Source of the DNA: Bigelowiella natans CCMP2755 | Lineage: Eukaryota > Protista > Cercozoa | Length of the DNA stretch: 64,000 nt | NCBI GenBank assembly: GCA_000320545.1 | Contig: ADNK01002664.1 | Location: 1-64,000 of the forward strand | Direction: 5' to 3' | Shown here: piece after piece, positions 43,560 to 55,193 of the stretch | Numbering within the stretch: position 1 is the stretch's first letter | Layout: every line of letters starts with the position of its first letter | Made by a program: the position numbers and the translations under genes | Notes under the pieces: generated by a model | Told to the model about the DNA's origin: nothing | Database searches by the model: none | What the model saw: only the letters and a program-made list of their open reading frames with translations

Positions 43560-45223
43560 AATGCGATTTGCATGTTTGCGAGGTGTGTGTGCGCAGCATG
43601 AGGACCGTTGTATGTGCAGCCAAATCGAGAAGTGGAACTAGGCTTTAGGATGAGCAGCTGCTACTTTGATATCACATGATCTCATATGTTTATTCGTACG
43701 ATATCTTTTTGTCCTGCTGGTGTCTCTTCTTCCTCCTAATTCTCCCCTCCCAAATAATCTCCCCCCCCCTTTAGATATAAAGTCCGAAAGCATATCGTTA
43801 TAGCGGATCTTCAAGGTAAAGGGGTGTGTGTTGCTGATGGTGGTGGAAATGCCATCAAGATGATGATGATGATGATAATGATAATGATGATGATGGTGGT
43901 GGTGGTGGTTTTGAAACAAATATGTACATATCTCCTTAAATGTACCGTCTAATATATCTTAAAAAATAAAACTAGGAATACCACTACTTCTATTACTAGC
44001 TACCTCCTCATGCAGAGCTTCTTCTCATTGCCATCATCATAGTATCACCATCATCATCATCATCATCATCATCATCGTCGTCGTCATCGTATCTTGGCCA
44101 TCATCATGTTTGGTGTGCAATAATGGAACGTGTGATGATAATGCAGGGGTATCCATGATGTCATTTGCCAGAAATAAGGTTGCGCCACTACTCTTTGGGA
44201 GAGAGAGAGAGAAAGAGAGTGAGAGCATAAAGAGGAATCAATACATATATATATATATATATATATACGAAGAAGGAAATTCACTCTTCGAGAATATATA
44301 ATGTAGTGCTCAAAAGTTAAGAAATACGTACTTTATTTATTATTATTATTATTATTGTTCTTATTATTGTGTCATTGCATATTACAGCACTATAATAAAT
44401 TATGTTTTTGGACTTTGATATCACCGTTCCTTTCATCGATTGATGATTTACATATTCATTAATCCCATTCGCCAACAAACAATAGGCTTATGCCAAGGCA
44501 TTATTCCAAGTTCCATATATCTTCTTCCCTGACAACGTATTAACAGCATCATCATCGTAAATGCAATCTCTCCTTCTACTCAAAACTGTTTGTCATTGCA
44601 ACGAACACTTGATGATCTATGTGCTGCTTGTACTATTTGGGTCGCTGGTCATTCTTTATCACAGCACATGATCGTACTGTGCTCAAGATAGTTTCTTCTG
44701 TTTTGTTTCTTAGGTTTATCGAATATACATAGTGAATCCAACGTAAGAAGAGTGTGTTGGAAAGGAGGGGGTGGGAGGGGCAGGACATTACATGCACATC
44801 TGCTTTGAGTAGTATGACTCACACCACATACAAATGATGATCATCATCATCGCTTGAAATGAACACATTCAAAGCAATCATGATACAACAACATAAAATA
44901 GTGTGAGAGGTGTACTTTTTCTAATGCACACACACACACACACACACACACATCGTACGGTGATGCTCAGGAAGATATTCAACCTGCTATGGAAAATAGT
45001 AAGGAAATGGGTAGACCCGGTATGATGATAATGACGATGATGATGATGATGACATGTATCGTGTTTAGATATTATGACGTGTGATTATTCGAGTTACTTG
45101 ATGATGGTCATCATCATCATCATCACAACCATCGTTATAACTTAGGAGATTAAGCATTCCGATGTTGATGATCTCGGTGTTGATAATGGCGATGATGATA
45201 ATATGACTGGACATCTCGAATAA
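40553..45223 (+). CDS. CRAL-TRIO (Sec14-like) lipid-binding domain protein
   Basis: GTDNFGHPVTFLRL, HIVIADLQGVSMMSF, FFPDNVYRIYIVNPTKIFNLLWKIVRKWVDP match CRAL-TRIO motifs; N-terminal exons are less certain. Confidence 0.82.
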
Positions 45224-46262
45224 ACATCAGACGACTTTAAAGTATATCACGAAGCTAAATTCTTCCGAGGAGGCGATCAAAACATTGAAAGAAAACGGGG
45301 TAACACGGGTGTATTCATACATTATAAGAATGTCATAATGAACATAGAGGCTATATATTACACAACAGCATTGCTATGAATTTCATCATCATACATCCTA
45401 TAATCTAATTGCTTACCATTATTCTATTCTAATGATTTAGATTCCACAAGAAGTCATTCCAGCGTCACTAGGAGGGAAAAGTAAGGGGGTGCGCACAATA
45501 GACCTTGCCAGGACGATTGCTCCAAAGTAATGATAGAATACAGCGTTCTTTACATGGAGTGGAGGGGGTTCATAAAGTAGCATATTTGAGTTTGAGTGTA
45601 ATGACCACAAGTCAAGAACACTAGCTATTAGAAGGATGTAATAGGACTGAAAACATCGCTGCGTACGTAGCAATATGAATAACTGGGGAATGTCGTACGT
45701 ATACATGAATAATGCATTTAGACATAATAAACTACAGCAATGAATACGCGTGCATCAGCATGGTCATGTCACGTCGTGCTCTTGTGCCGATAATACCGAT
45801 GCATGTAAGCTTGCAGCAGTAAGCGCGCTAGTTAACTGACTTAGGTATTAAGCATTACCGTTATTGCCTTCACTGGGTATTGTGACAATAGACACAGTAT
45901 ATATGATATATGTATTATATTGCATATAAGTATGTCTATAGTTGTGTAAAAGCTTCATTCAGCCATATTTAGACACGCGACAATCGATCTACCATGCCAA
46001 TGTAGCAATCTAGCAATGCATGTGATGTACACTAGTTCAAACAGCAATCGTCGGGGTATTTGGCAAAGCAAAACTAGAAAAAGCGATACGATGTGCAACT
46101 TCATCTGAAGGCTAGTAGCTAGCTAGCTAGCTATCTTAGTCAAGTCTAATATGAGTCAATGTTGTCTGCGAGAGGTCAGCGCGTGATTTCTTACAGAAGC
46201 ACGCACTGCAATTAAAGGATCGATCGAGCGCTCGCGTTCATGAGATGGATGTAATGAACAAG

Positions 46263-46432
46263 TTGAATTTGTTCAATGTTCATCCTCTTGTGTTTACATG
46301 CATGCATGCGACTCATTGCATTCATGCACACATGCATCCTTGACATCATGGCAGAAACAAACAATTACAAATTAACCGCTGTAACCGCGCAACTTTGCAC
46401 AGTTACATTAGGATGACAACTGAACAAATCAA
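46263..46432. repeat. Short element with imperfect terminal inverted repeats (MITE-like); the terminal motif recurs at 62705-62727
   Basis: Left TTGAATTTGTTCAATGTTCATCC (46263-46285); right GGATGACAACTGAACAAATCAA (46411-46432), whose reverse complement is TTGATTTGTTCAGTTGTCATCC; 21/23 match of the left end at 62705. Confidence 0.45.
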
Positions 46433-46877
46433 AATTATTTATTACATCCGTCTCATGATAGACCTGCAACATGTCATGCACATGTTATGTATATCATATT
46501 GCTGTGTCTATTATTCTCATACACAACTATTGTAAGATGTAATTTACATCTAGAACCTGTTTAGATGCATGGAAGTTGAGAATAGTCACATACAGATGCC
46601 AGGCGCAAAAAGTGGGTTTGCTATTGTTTTGTCGTTGATAATGTTGCTCGCTGTTCGTTGTTTTCATCCATCACATGTCTATACGCACATCGCAAGCTAG
46701 CTAGCTATATCTAACCACATGTCGTGAAATCCACTGTCAGTTTTCCTCGTGATCATCGCGACTGCTACATGCACGGCACATACAATCATGAGAATCATGG
46801 TTTACTAGATTCATGAGCGCACTTGATCTATCTATGCAGCTATCATTTCTCATAATCACTACTTTATATTGCATGTT

Positions 46878-48995
46878 CTATAGGTGCCGTCTTTGACCCT
46901 TCGGAAGGCAATGAGGCCCAAATGGAGCGAAATTTTGCCTTAGACCAGGATGGTCCTTGAGCACTTCCAAGCATAAATCATCCCACTGATCAAATATGTA
47001 GCTGGTAATCGTCATATTTGCGACCGAATCGCCCCTTTGAACGTCACCCCCTGGAAAAAAAAGGCATCATCATCATCATCGTCATCATCATCATCGTCGT
47101 CTGGAACGACATACTTATGAAAACCAACATTGCAACGCCTGTTCTGACACTGTTGTCATGTATCGTCAAATGTCAGCAAATGATGCGTGGCAAAACAAAG
47201 CAGCGTTACAAAACACGTGAACCGACGGCTTGTTCCAATGTAAAATAGAGAAAGCGACGACGTAAGAATGATGTGATTTCTGCTATCACTATGATAACTA
47301 GATCTGGCAGCTAGACGTTATAATAGCGTGCATAGTTAGGGAGCTTGGATATCAGCCTACTCTTCGAATTCCAAGGTTTCATGTGCTTCGTTGCGAAATG
47401 GAGAGTCCGCCAAAGCGGCCAATTTCTCAAAAACTCGGCCGCACGTGATAATTCAGGCTTTATATGGTGCGGGTCTATGCCGAAATCTTGCCAGATAGGA
47501 GGATCTTTCCCCCCCTGTTGATTGGTTTTATTATCTCGATGATGATACTGCTGCACGAGGTGATTCGCCAAACGGATACCCTGTTTTGAAGGATTACGAC
47601 GATGTTTATCAATTACCCCATGCAGCAGCAAAAAGGGAAGGAAATCATAATCCCAGTGCTCCATGATATTATGATATGATTTGTGTTCTAGCTGTCATTG
47701 TTATCTACTAGCTTTCTCTTGCCTCATTTAAAGCAGTAGTAGTAGTAGTAGTAGTAGTAGTAGTTCTAGCTTATCAAATACTTCAGAATATAAGTACAGG
47801 TTGTCTTAGCCGAGAGAAGGTCGTCAAAATCATATAAGCTTCGATGGAATAAAACCTATTGTTATAACAATCAGCATGTGATACTACTGTTAACACAAAA
47901 TTGTAGTATATATCTCTATCAAATAAGAATAATACGCTAATATTATTGTTATTATTATTATTAGTAGTATTACCATGGCAGAGTGACGATGTTTCCGTTA
48001 AAATAGCGGTTGAGTATTCCCTGATCTTGTGGCCCAGCACCTTCCCAATCGCGCATGGTTGAAGCAGACGTATTCTGCGTCACCAATACAAGACCCTCGA
48101 AGTCCGCTTGTGAAGGCTCAAACACTAGAAAATCCCCATTGACTGCTGGACTCAGGCTATACCTATTGCAGAATCGTTATTCAACGAAAAAAGAATCAAT
48201 AGTTTATAAACAGGAAGAAGAAACAAGCATCTAGTGGAGGGAGAGACGCAAGCTCAGAATGATGTATCAAGGAAAATAGTATATCAACACAAGTGCGCCC
48301 CAACTAGTTCATGTGACTGCTACATACCACTTCCACACCACATAGTCGGGGACTCCCATGAGAGATGGGGGAGAGTCATCTGAATAGCCGCTTGATAAGA
48401 GGTGATCTATATTGCGTATAACTATGGAATCTGTTCCCATCCAAACTACGCGCTTACAGCGTTTCTCAAGGCGCCACGCGTTAAACTTGAAGAGTAAATG
48501 GCGCCAATTGAACATTTCCCGGTGCTCGCTGGTCCCTCTCAGGTATGGAGTTTCAACCAGCTCATCCCATAGCCCTGATGAACTAATAATCTTGAGAAGG
48601 GAGGGTGGCACATGCTGGTCATGAAGCAACACTAGGCGGGGGGTGGGTGACAACTTGGAGTGCTTTCGGAAGGAATGAGCCAGAACCAATGCGCCAAGGG
48701 CGTAGTTAGGATTTGGTCCAACTACCATGCTCACCAAACAGGTGTTGTGGATGGTGCTTGAGGTAGAAATCATTCTTGAGCTATTCAAGGATGCTGCTGG
48801 TGCTGCTGCTTCTACTGAATTCCCATCATCGATGTCTTTATTGCGGGTGATAATCAGGCCTTGAGATTCTTCCGCTGGCCTCCCCTCTAGCCCCCCTCTT
48901 TCTACGAGGATATGAGCGCAGGTGACCAACAGAAAGATGACGAATGCCACGCAGGTGGGAGATTTCTCAACTTGGTCCATATACCGGTACATCAT
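46878..48995 (-). CDS. Glycosyltransferase family 8 (glycogenin-like), type II membrane protein
   Basis: N-terminal TM segment; NYALGALVLAHSFRKH, LFKFNAWRL, RVVWMGTDSIVIRNIDHL, VNGDFLVFEPS, DQGILNRYF, TLHFATKHMKPW. Confidence 0.88.
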
Positions 48996-49773
48996 GGGTT
49001 ACTATTATTATTATTATTACTATGGGTCACCAGTACACGTTCGATCCGATATAATGTCACTATCTAATGGGCATTCTTTGAATTTTATCTGGGCATTTGA
49101 ACAATGGAGCGCAGTGTGGTCGCTTCCTTCCTGGAATATGCATCCAGGCGCGTGTCAATCCGATTTTCTCAGAACATTGTCAGGCGATCGATCAATTCGG
49201 TTTTAAAAACACACATTGTTTTCATTTTAAGGGAGTAGGATGTGAGAGAAAGGTGAGATCGACCTACCTACTACAACTAGTTGCAGTCCTCCCTGTCTGT
49301 TCCTTCCTCTGCTCCCATCATCATCGCATCATCATCTTCATCACAGACACGTTGGTTTATTCCTTTTTGTAACTTAAAAAATATGATTCTTGTCGTAGCT
49401 TAAAAATGCCTTGGAATGCACATAAGCGTCAACCCAAACCAATGGTCGCAACAAGTGGACAACAGGTCTGCTCAGAACAATGCGAACAGCTGAATCCAAT
49501 TTGAATATACGACAAGGTAAATCGTCTCCACAAGGGTACAATCGGCATTGTTTTGTCCTAATTTCCTTATCGTCGTTGTCGTAGAAAGTGGTTGATTTCA
49601 GACTCAAATCATCAGCGATAAAATAGTGATATATAAGCAGTTCTCCAGATCCGGCTCATCACCATCTACTACTACCTACAGACGACTTCCTTGGAGGGTT
49701 GCCCTCCCCCGCTCCACAGCTAAGCCGAAGTACTAGAGGGGCCGTTGAAGTTCCCTATACTAAGCTGGTCATC

Positions 49774-52497
49774 ATGTTGTCGTCCACGATGACGGGTGCA
49801 TCCTTCTCTTACTCATCTCAGACTAGAGAAGTCGATGATGACGAGAAGATTGAGAGAAAAGCCATAGAGCTCCTTCAGCCAAGCCTCGCCCACCCCCAGC
49901 AGTTAATCCATCTTCAAAAAGTGAAGGAGGATTATCAGCGCCTCTATGATGCCTCAAATTCACAGCTCCGATCTCTCGTCCAAACAACAAACGATGACCT
50001 CCGATTTGCGTTTGAGCAGATAAGGGACTGCGTAAGCTTGATGAAGATTTGTCGTGATAACTTCCAGGAGGTGGATCGCCTTGGCCAGGTTACAAAAGGA
50101 CTGCTTCCTGAACATGAAAATATTCGTAAGTATAGCGTGGCACGGAAGAATATGAAGACAACTTGGAATATCATCGAACGATTTCGGCAAACGGCAAAAA
50201 AGGCTGAGACTCTTATCGAGACCATAAAGCATATGGGCAGCAGTAGAGACCATGATCGAATGATCGAGGGGGTGTACCGACAACTAAGAGACCTAGTTAT
50301 CTTCCGGAATCAACTGTGGCGCGAGGGTGAAAACTACGCCAGTGAGTTTAGAACGCTGATCCAGAAGAATTTTGAGGTGTTAAACCAAGTACAACAGGAA
50401 TTGAATGACGCCTTGGAGCACAACATCCACAACACTCTTATTCTCTGCCAAGAAGACCCGACGACTATGGTATACACCCACAAGATTATCGAGTATGAAG
50501 ACAGAGCCAAGACGAAGGTGTTTACAGATTGGAGTGTAGAGGACGAGTATAAGCCAGGACAGAAGAACGATGGAGTTATGTTTGCCCGAGGTAAAACTTG
50601 GCTCGAGGCTTCCATCACCAGTACACTCGAGGAAAAAACCAAAGAAATTGCTGCTTCTGATTCCATGGAGGAGAAAATCCAGATTCTCAACGGCCTGGTG
50701 CGGGAACTTTACATAGTGCAGAAGAGTGTAGCGCTGTGCTATCCTCGTAAATGGAAGGTGATTAGATTCTACCAGAAGAGGTACCGTTCATGGTTCGTTG
50801 CTACCATAACCTCCCTCACCGAAACAACTACCGAAATGTCACACGGGGATGTGCTCAAGCTTGCTAACTGGATTCAAAACTTTGAAAAGATTCTGATGCG
50901 ACTTCAAAACACGCGGCAGGTGCCCCCAGAGCTGAAAGAAGCTGTTATGATCCTTGGTGAATCGTACAAGGTAAAGTCTCAAGATACTCTTACCGGTCCT
51001 GTCCTTAAAGTCTTTACTACCATTAAAAACGACGAGCCGAATAAGAAGGATAACGGAAAGCTCAACACATTTGGCCCTCGAGATCTCTTCAGCCTCATCA
51101 ATAACCATTTCTCCAGTGCCAAGAAGAAGTACGGGAGCGGAGAGGCGATGATAGAGATTGCCAAACTATACGGAACATTACTTAACAAGTATCAGTCAAA
51201 GATGATAGAATACCTGCATACTCTCTACATAGACGACGAGAAGATGTACCTGGAGGGCAAGCACAAGTCGGAGGAATTTCTCGTAGCTTGGATTAGCAGC
51301 GGTATGCGCTATGAAGAGATCACAGACCGCCTTCACCACACAATAGTCTCCAAGTTACATGGCAGTAGTAGTAGTAGTAGTAGTAGTAGTAATAATAATA
51401 ATACCACCACCACCACCACCAGTAGTAGTAGTAGTAGTAGTAATGCTGCTGCAGCATCATCATCAAAGGACCGGGATCGCTCTTACGAATACACATTGAA
51501 GGCGATTATATCCATCACTAAGCTCGGTTTCCGAAAAGTGGCAGATGAGGTGGTTGAAATACTATGCCTCTATGTCATGAAGCTAATGGAGGGAGGGGAA
51601 CCGTTCCAGGAGTTGTTCGGCAGCATGTGGCTCAATGGTGATAAGGAGCTCGAGGATATAAACGAGGCACTCATGGATGAGATTGGAGGTGCTTTATTGG
51701 ATTACAACGGGTGGAATGAGTGGGAGGAGTATATGGGAAAGCTCTCCTCTCGCATGGTGTTGGTGTTCTTTCAAACATATTTCTTGCAGCTCGTTAAAAA
51801 GAAGCCACAAGTATCTCAGCAATTGCTCAGCAACATCGACTCGTCTAAAAGGTATTTCCGGCGGTTTTTGAGGACGGGGAAGGCCTTTACAGCACTCGAA
51901 GACGACGATTCTGTTAATAATTGTTTCAAGATGTTCGATGCCGTCGAGAATATGCTGAGCGTTAAGATCTCCCCGGAAAACTCGGAAGGCTACGACCTCG
52001 ACGCAAGCTTCCCTCAGATTCTCAAGACATTTGACTCCGAGAACACAGCTACTGTGTTCTTACAGCAGATCCTTCGCATGACCAGCGGAATTTCTAGAGA
52101 CAAACAAAATACAATTCTACAGAGATTTAAAAACTTCGTTCCAATCTTCCGAGAGAGACAACAGGCAAATAAAGAGCGAGAGCAAAAGGACGAAGGCGGT
52201 CAGAGCCAGCAAGAAGTGTATGGAAGTAAAGAATCAGGGTTCTACCTCGACGTTAGATTCCCAAAACTCGAGGTAAAGCAGAAGGCCCAGCATCAGAAAG
52301 ATAACAGCAGCGTTGCATCGTTGAGGTACCTCAAAGTTTCTACCTGGTTCAGCGGTGCTACCAAGGGGGAGAAGAATGCTGGCAATGTCCAATCACCAGC
52401 AGACAAAAAGAACAATAAGCCAGTAGTAGAAGCGAAGGCACCTGCAGAGGACACAGAAGTCGTTGCCCTGGAAGATTTCCTTGACGACGATGAGTGA
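49774..52497 (+). CDS. SEC6: Exocyst complex component Sec6/EXOC3
   Basis: About 907-aa continuous ORF; N-terminus LLQPSLAHPQQLIHLQKVKEDYQRLYDASNSQLRSLVQ and VALCYPRKWKVIRFYQKRY resemble Sec6; helical-rod composition. Confidence 0.85.
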   Translation: MLSSTMTGASFSYSSQTREVDDDEKIERKAIELLQPSLAHPQQLIHLQKVKEDYQRLYDASNSQLRSLVQTTNDDLRFAFEQIRDCVSLMKICRDNFQEVDRLGQVTKGLLPEHENIRKYSVARKNMKTTWNIIERFRQTAKKAETLIETIKHMGSSRDHDRMIEGVYRQLRDLVIFRNQLWREGENYASEFRTLIQKNFEVLNQVQQELNDALEHNIHNTLILCQEDPTTMVYTHKIIEYEDRAKTKVFTDWSVEDEYKPGQKNDGVMFARGKTWLEASITSTLEEKTKEIAASDSMEEKIQILNGLVRELYIVQKSVALCYPRKWKVIRFYQKRYRSWFVATITSLTETTTEMSHGDVLKLANWIQNFEKILMRLQNTRQVPPELKEAVMILGESYKVKSQDTLTGPVLKVFTTIKNDEPNKKDNGKLNTFGPRDLFSLINNHFSSAKKKYGSGEAMIEIAKLYGTLLNKYQSKMIEYLHTLYIDDEKMYLEGKHKSEEFLVAWISSGMRYEEITDRLHHTIVSKLHGSSSSSSSSSNNNNTTTTTTSSSSSSSNAAAASSSKDRDRSYEYTLKAIISITKLGFRKVADEVVEILCLYVMKLMEGGEPFQELFGSMWLNGDKELEDINEALMDEIGGALLDYNGWNEWEEYMGKLSSRMVLVFFQTYFLQLVKKKPQVSQQLLSNIDSSKRYFRRFLRTGKAFTALEDDDSVNNCFKMFDAVENMLSVKISPENSEGYDLDASFPQILKTFDSENTATVFLQQILRMTSGISRDKQNTILQRFKNFVPIFRERQQANKEREQKDEGGQSQQEVYGSKESGFYLDVRFPKLEVKQKAQHQKDNSSVASLRYLKVSTWFSGATKGEKNAGNVQSPADKKNNKPVVEAKAPAEDTEVVALEDFLDDDE

Positions 52498-53332
52498 CTT
52501 TGCAGTCCTAGAGCAAAGTTCTTTGCGAGATGATCTATGACATTCATGAGTAATTACTCATCTGTTCATGTCAAGTCTATGTACAAGACTCAAATTTACA
52601 TCGTGATATCTGGCACGTCAAGCAACACTAGAACATCTAGACATGTGTAGTCATCGTGTAACCAGGAAGAAGTTTTGCATGTCCACAGCATGTGATGTCT
52701 AGAGTTACTGAAGAAGTTCGTGTAGGAATTCAGGAGCAGATGCCCACCTGTGCTGCACACGCTGCACACAATGGCTAGAGACACCAATACTAAGCCAAAC
52801 TATAAAACTAGCAGACGCTGCTTCATGTGCTCACATGATGACAATGCTTGGCTAGGCCACATGTCTAGATGTGCATGGGCGCTATTAGCAGCAATGCAAC
52901 AAGCCCTGCGATGCTAGCCTGGTTCGATTCACACATACCCACCTAGCCACGCTACACATACGTACGAATCGCAGCTGCATGTTTCATAGTTGCGCTGACC
53001 ACCGCATGCGATGCTAACAATGAATCACAGACACGATTATGATACATGTACACTATGACACATAGTACATGTTGCATGTACAGTGTGCACCTATACACCA
53101 TGTCTATTGTAGTACATTTATAATAAGCTCCATCTTGACTACAAACAAATACGTTTCATCTATTAGTCCTTCTTTTAGCTGCTCCGACAGAGTGTAGCTC
53201 ATGCTACATGTGCGAATCTACGTACATTGGAGTGCGTGGATGCAGGTGTCAACCGTCATTAACACATGCAGTCACCCAGGATAAAAATTGCGCTGGCATA
53301 TTTCCTCAATTTATTAATGTCATTACCGATTC

Positions 53333-55118
53333 TTATGAAAACAACTTCTCTCCCTCAGCATCTTTTATGTATTCATCATTATCGCTGGTATCCTTACTGT
53401 CATGGATTTTGCCATCTTTGGAAGCAATGGCGTTGGCACCTTTCATCTCTCCCCAATAGTCAACGTATGTTCCATCTTCTTTGGTATTTCTAATTGGCAA
53501 AACCCACAAATACCTAATACGGATTGTTTTAATTTGAAATTTATTGAGTAATATATCAAATAAATGATTGATGTGTTTTACCAAGAACCGAACACATGTA
53601 AGAAGTTTTCCCATTTCCCCTTGTCAAATTTGATATGAGCTACACGGAAACGGTGTTGGATAAAAGGATCCTTTTGATAAATATCGGAATCGATTAAATA
53701 TTAAGCAGGTGTATCGAAGATTATGGCATCAATACCGAGCTGTTTGCTTTTTCGCGATACTCAATGGTTGTCATCGCATTTAATGTTAACTAATGTTTAC
53801 TTTCTTAATACGAGAACGTGACAATTTACACAATATAAAACATTTACTTTAATGTGGAAGGACAGGAACATTGAGAATGCCACAGTAATGAATATACAGG
53901 TTCCGAATACAATCAGTACAGGTATATCCTCAACGAAGAATGAGTAGCTTTGCTGAGTATAAGAAAACATTATGTACTATCAACAGCAACCCTTGAAATA
54001 TTACTTGAAATAAATAAACCAGACCACACAATATTAATAATTAATAACTACATACAAAATCGGTTGAGTTAGCTCTGCGGAAGACGTAAAGCACTCGTCT
54101 CATCATGGACCCGATCATGAATGTGGTAGTGAGTATAGTGTAGATAAGGAGCAAAAGAAAGGTCTTGTAGTTGTTGAATCCAACACAATTTGCAATCCAG
54201 GGGCCTAACATAATTTGATTTTTTAGGACACATTTTGTTAATCATGCAAGAGTGTGACTAACAATGGTGATCCATCCGTAAAATGCATCTTTTGCACACA
54301 CGGCAATGATGCGTACGGTCTGGCTTGTAAAGGCTGCATGTTGAGCAATGTCGATGGTACCCAAATCGCCGTTTCCTATTAGATTTTTTTTAAATTTTCA
54401 GAAGTCATTGCTCTCAGTCACTCTGTACTATTAATACATTAATACCTTTCGACAATTCCCATGGCTCTCAAAAATTGAATTATTGCCGGCTGAAAATCAA
54501 ATACGTGTGTCATGCACATTCTCACAGAAAGTGTTTATGTACTAATTAGAATATGTCACGGGCTTTTAGCATTACATCTTTGAGATCTGAAACAATAAAT
54601 AGCAAATGGAACCAGGAATTATTCTCTTTATCTCCGCTATATATATGCATATATGTTTGTGTTGTATTCAGACACACCAGTGTTAGGATCAGAAATTATA
54701 TTTCTCATCTTTGTTTCGTCATTCGAGGATAGTCGTCGACCAATTAGGCCATGCATCCATCTCTGATCAAGAGAGGGATTTTTTCAATCACGAAAAAGGC
54801 ATAATTTTGAGTAACAACAGTTCATGAAATTCGTTTTTTTAAGATTACAACCTGTTGGTCTTCTTCGTGATCGAGGGGAATGTAGCCGGGAGATTGCACA
54901 CATGCAAGCGTAAAGCATAGCAGAAGCATGCCGAGAAGGAAGTGAAACACCGAAAGAACAATCCATAGCTCCTCCGCTGAGGGCTCGTAAAACTCATTAT
55001 GATTATCTGATTCAACGGCTACAACTTGTGGCAGAAGATTGTTTACAACGTAAACGGAGTAGAGAGATACGATGAGCATAAACACAAGCGCCGGGTACAT
55101 GCAAGCTGAAATTGTCAT
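53333..55118 (-). CDS. DHHC-type protein S-acyltransferase (palmitoyltransferase)
   Basis: Two TM segments then SPGYIP; [28 protein letters not shown]|[18 protein letters not shown]; later MTTIE motif. Confidence 0.95.
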
Positions 55119-55193
55119 CTTTTCGCGAGGATGAGATGATTCTTGTCGGTTTATCAAGCTTTGTTTTCCTCCAAATGTAAAAGCCTCTTAATA

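Larger units (their letters stand above)
4870..45120. repeat. Intronic microsatellites: (CA)n, (TA)n, (GA)n, (CAT)n, (TAG)n, (GAG)n in most introns of the long genes
   Basis: Directly visible, e.g. (CA)n/(TA)n 4877-4968, (GA)n 28769-28816, (CAT)n 32027-32060; they produce the poly-CV/HT/YI/LS ORFs in the track. Confidence 0.97.
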
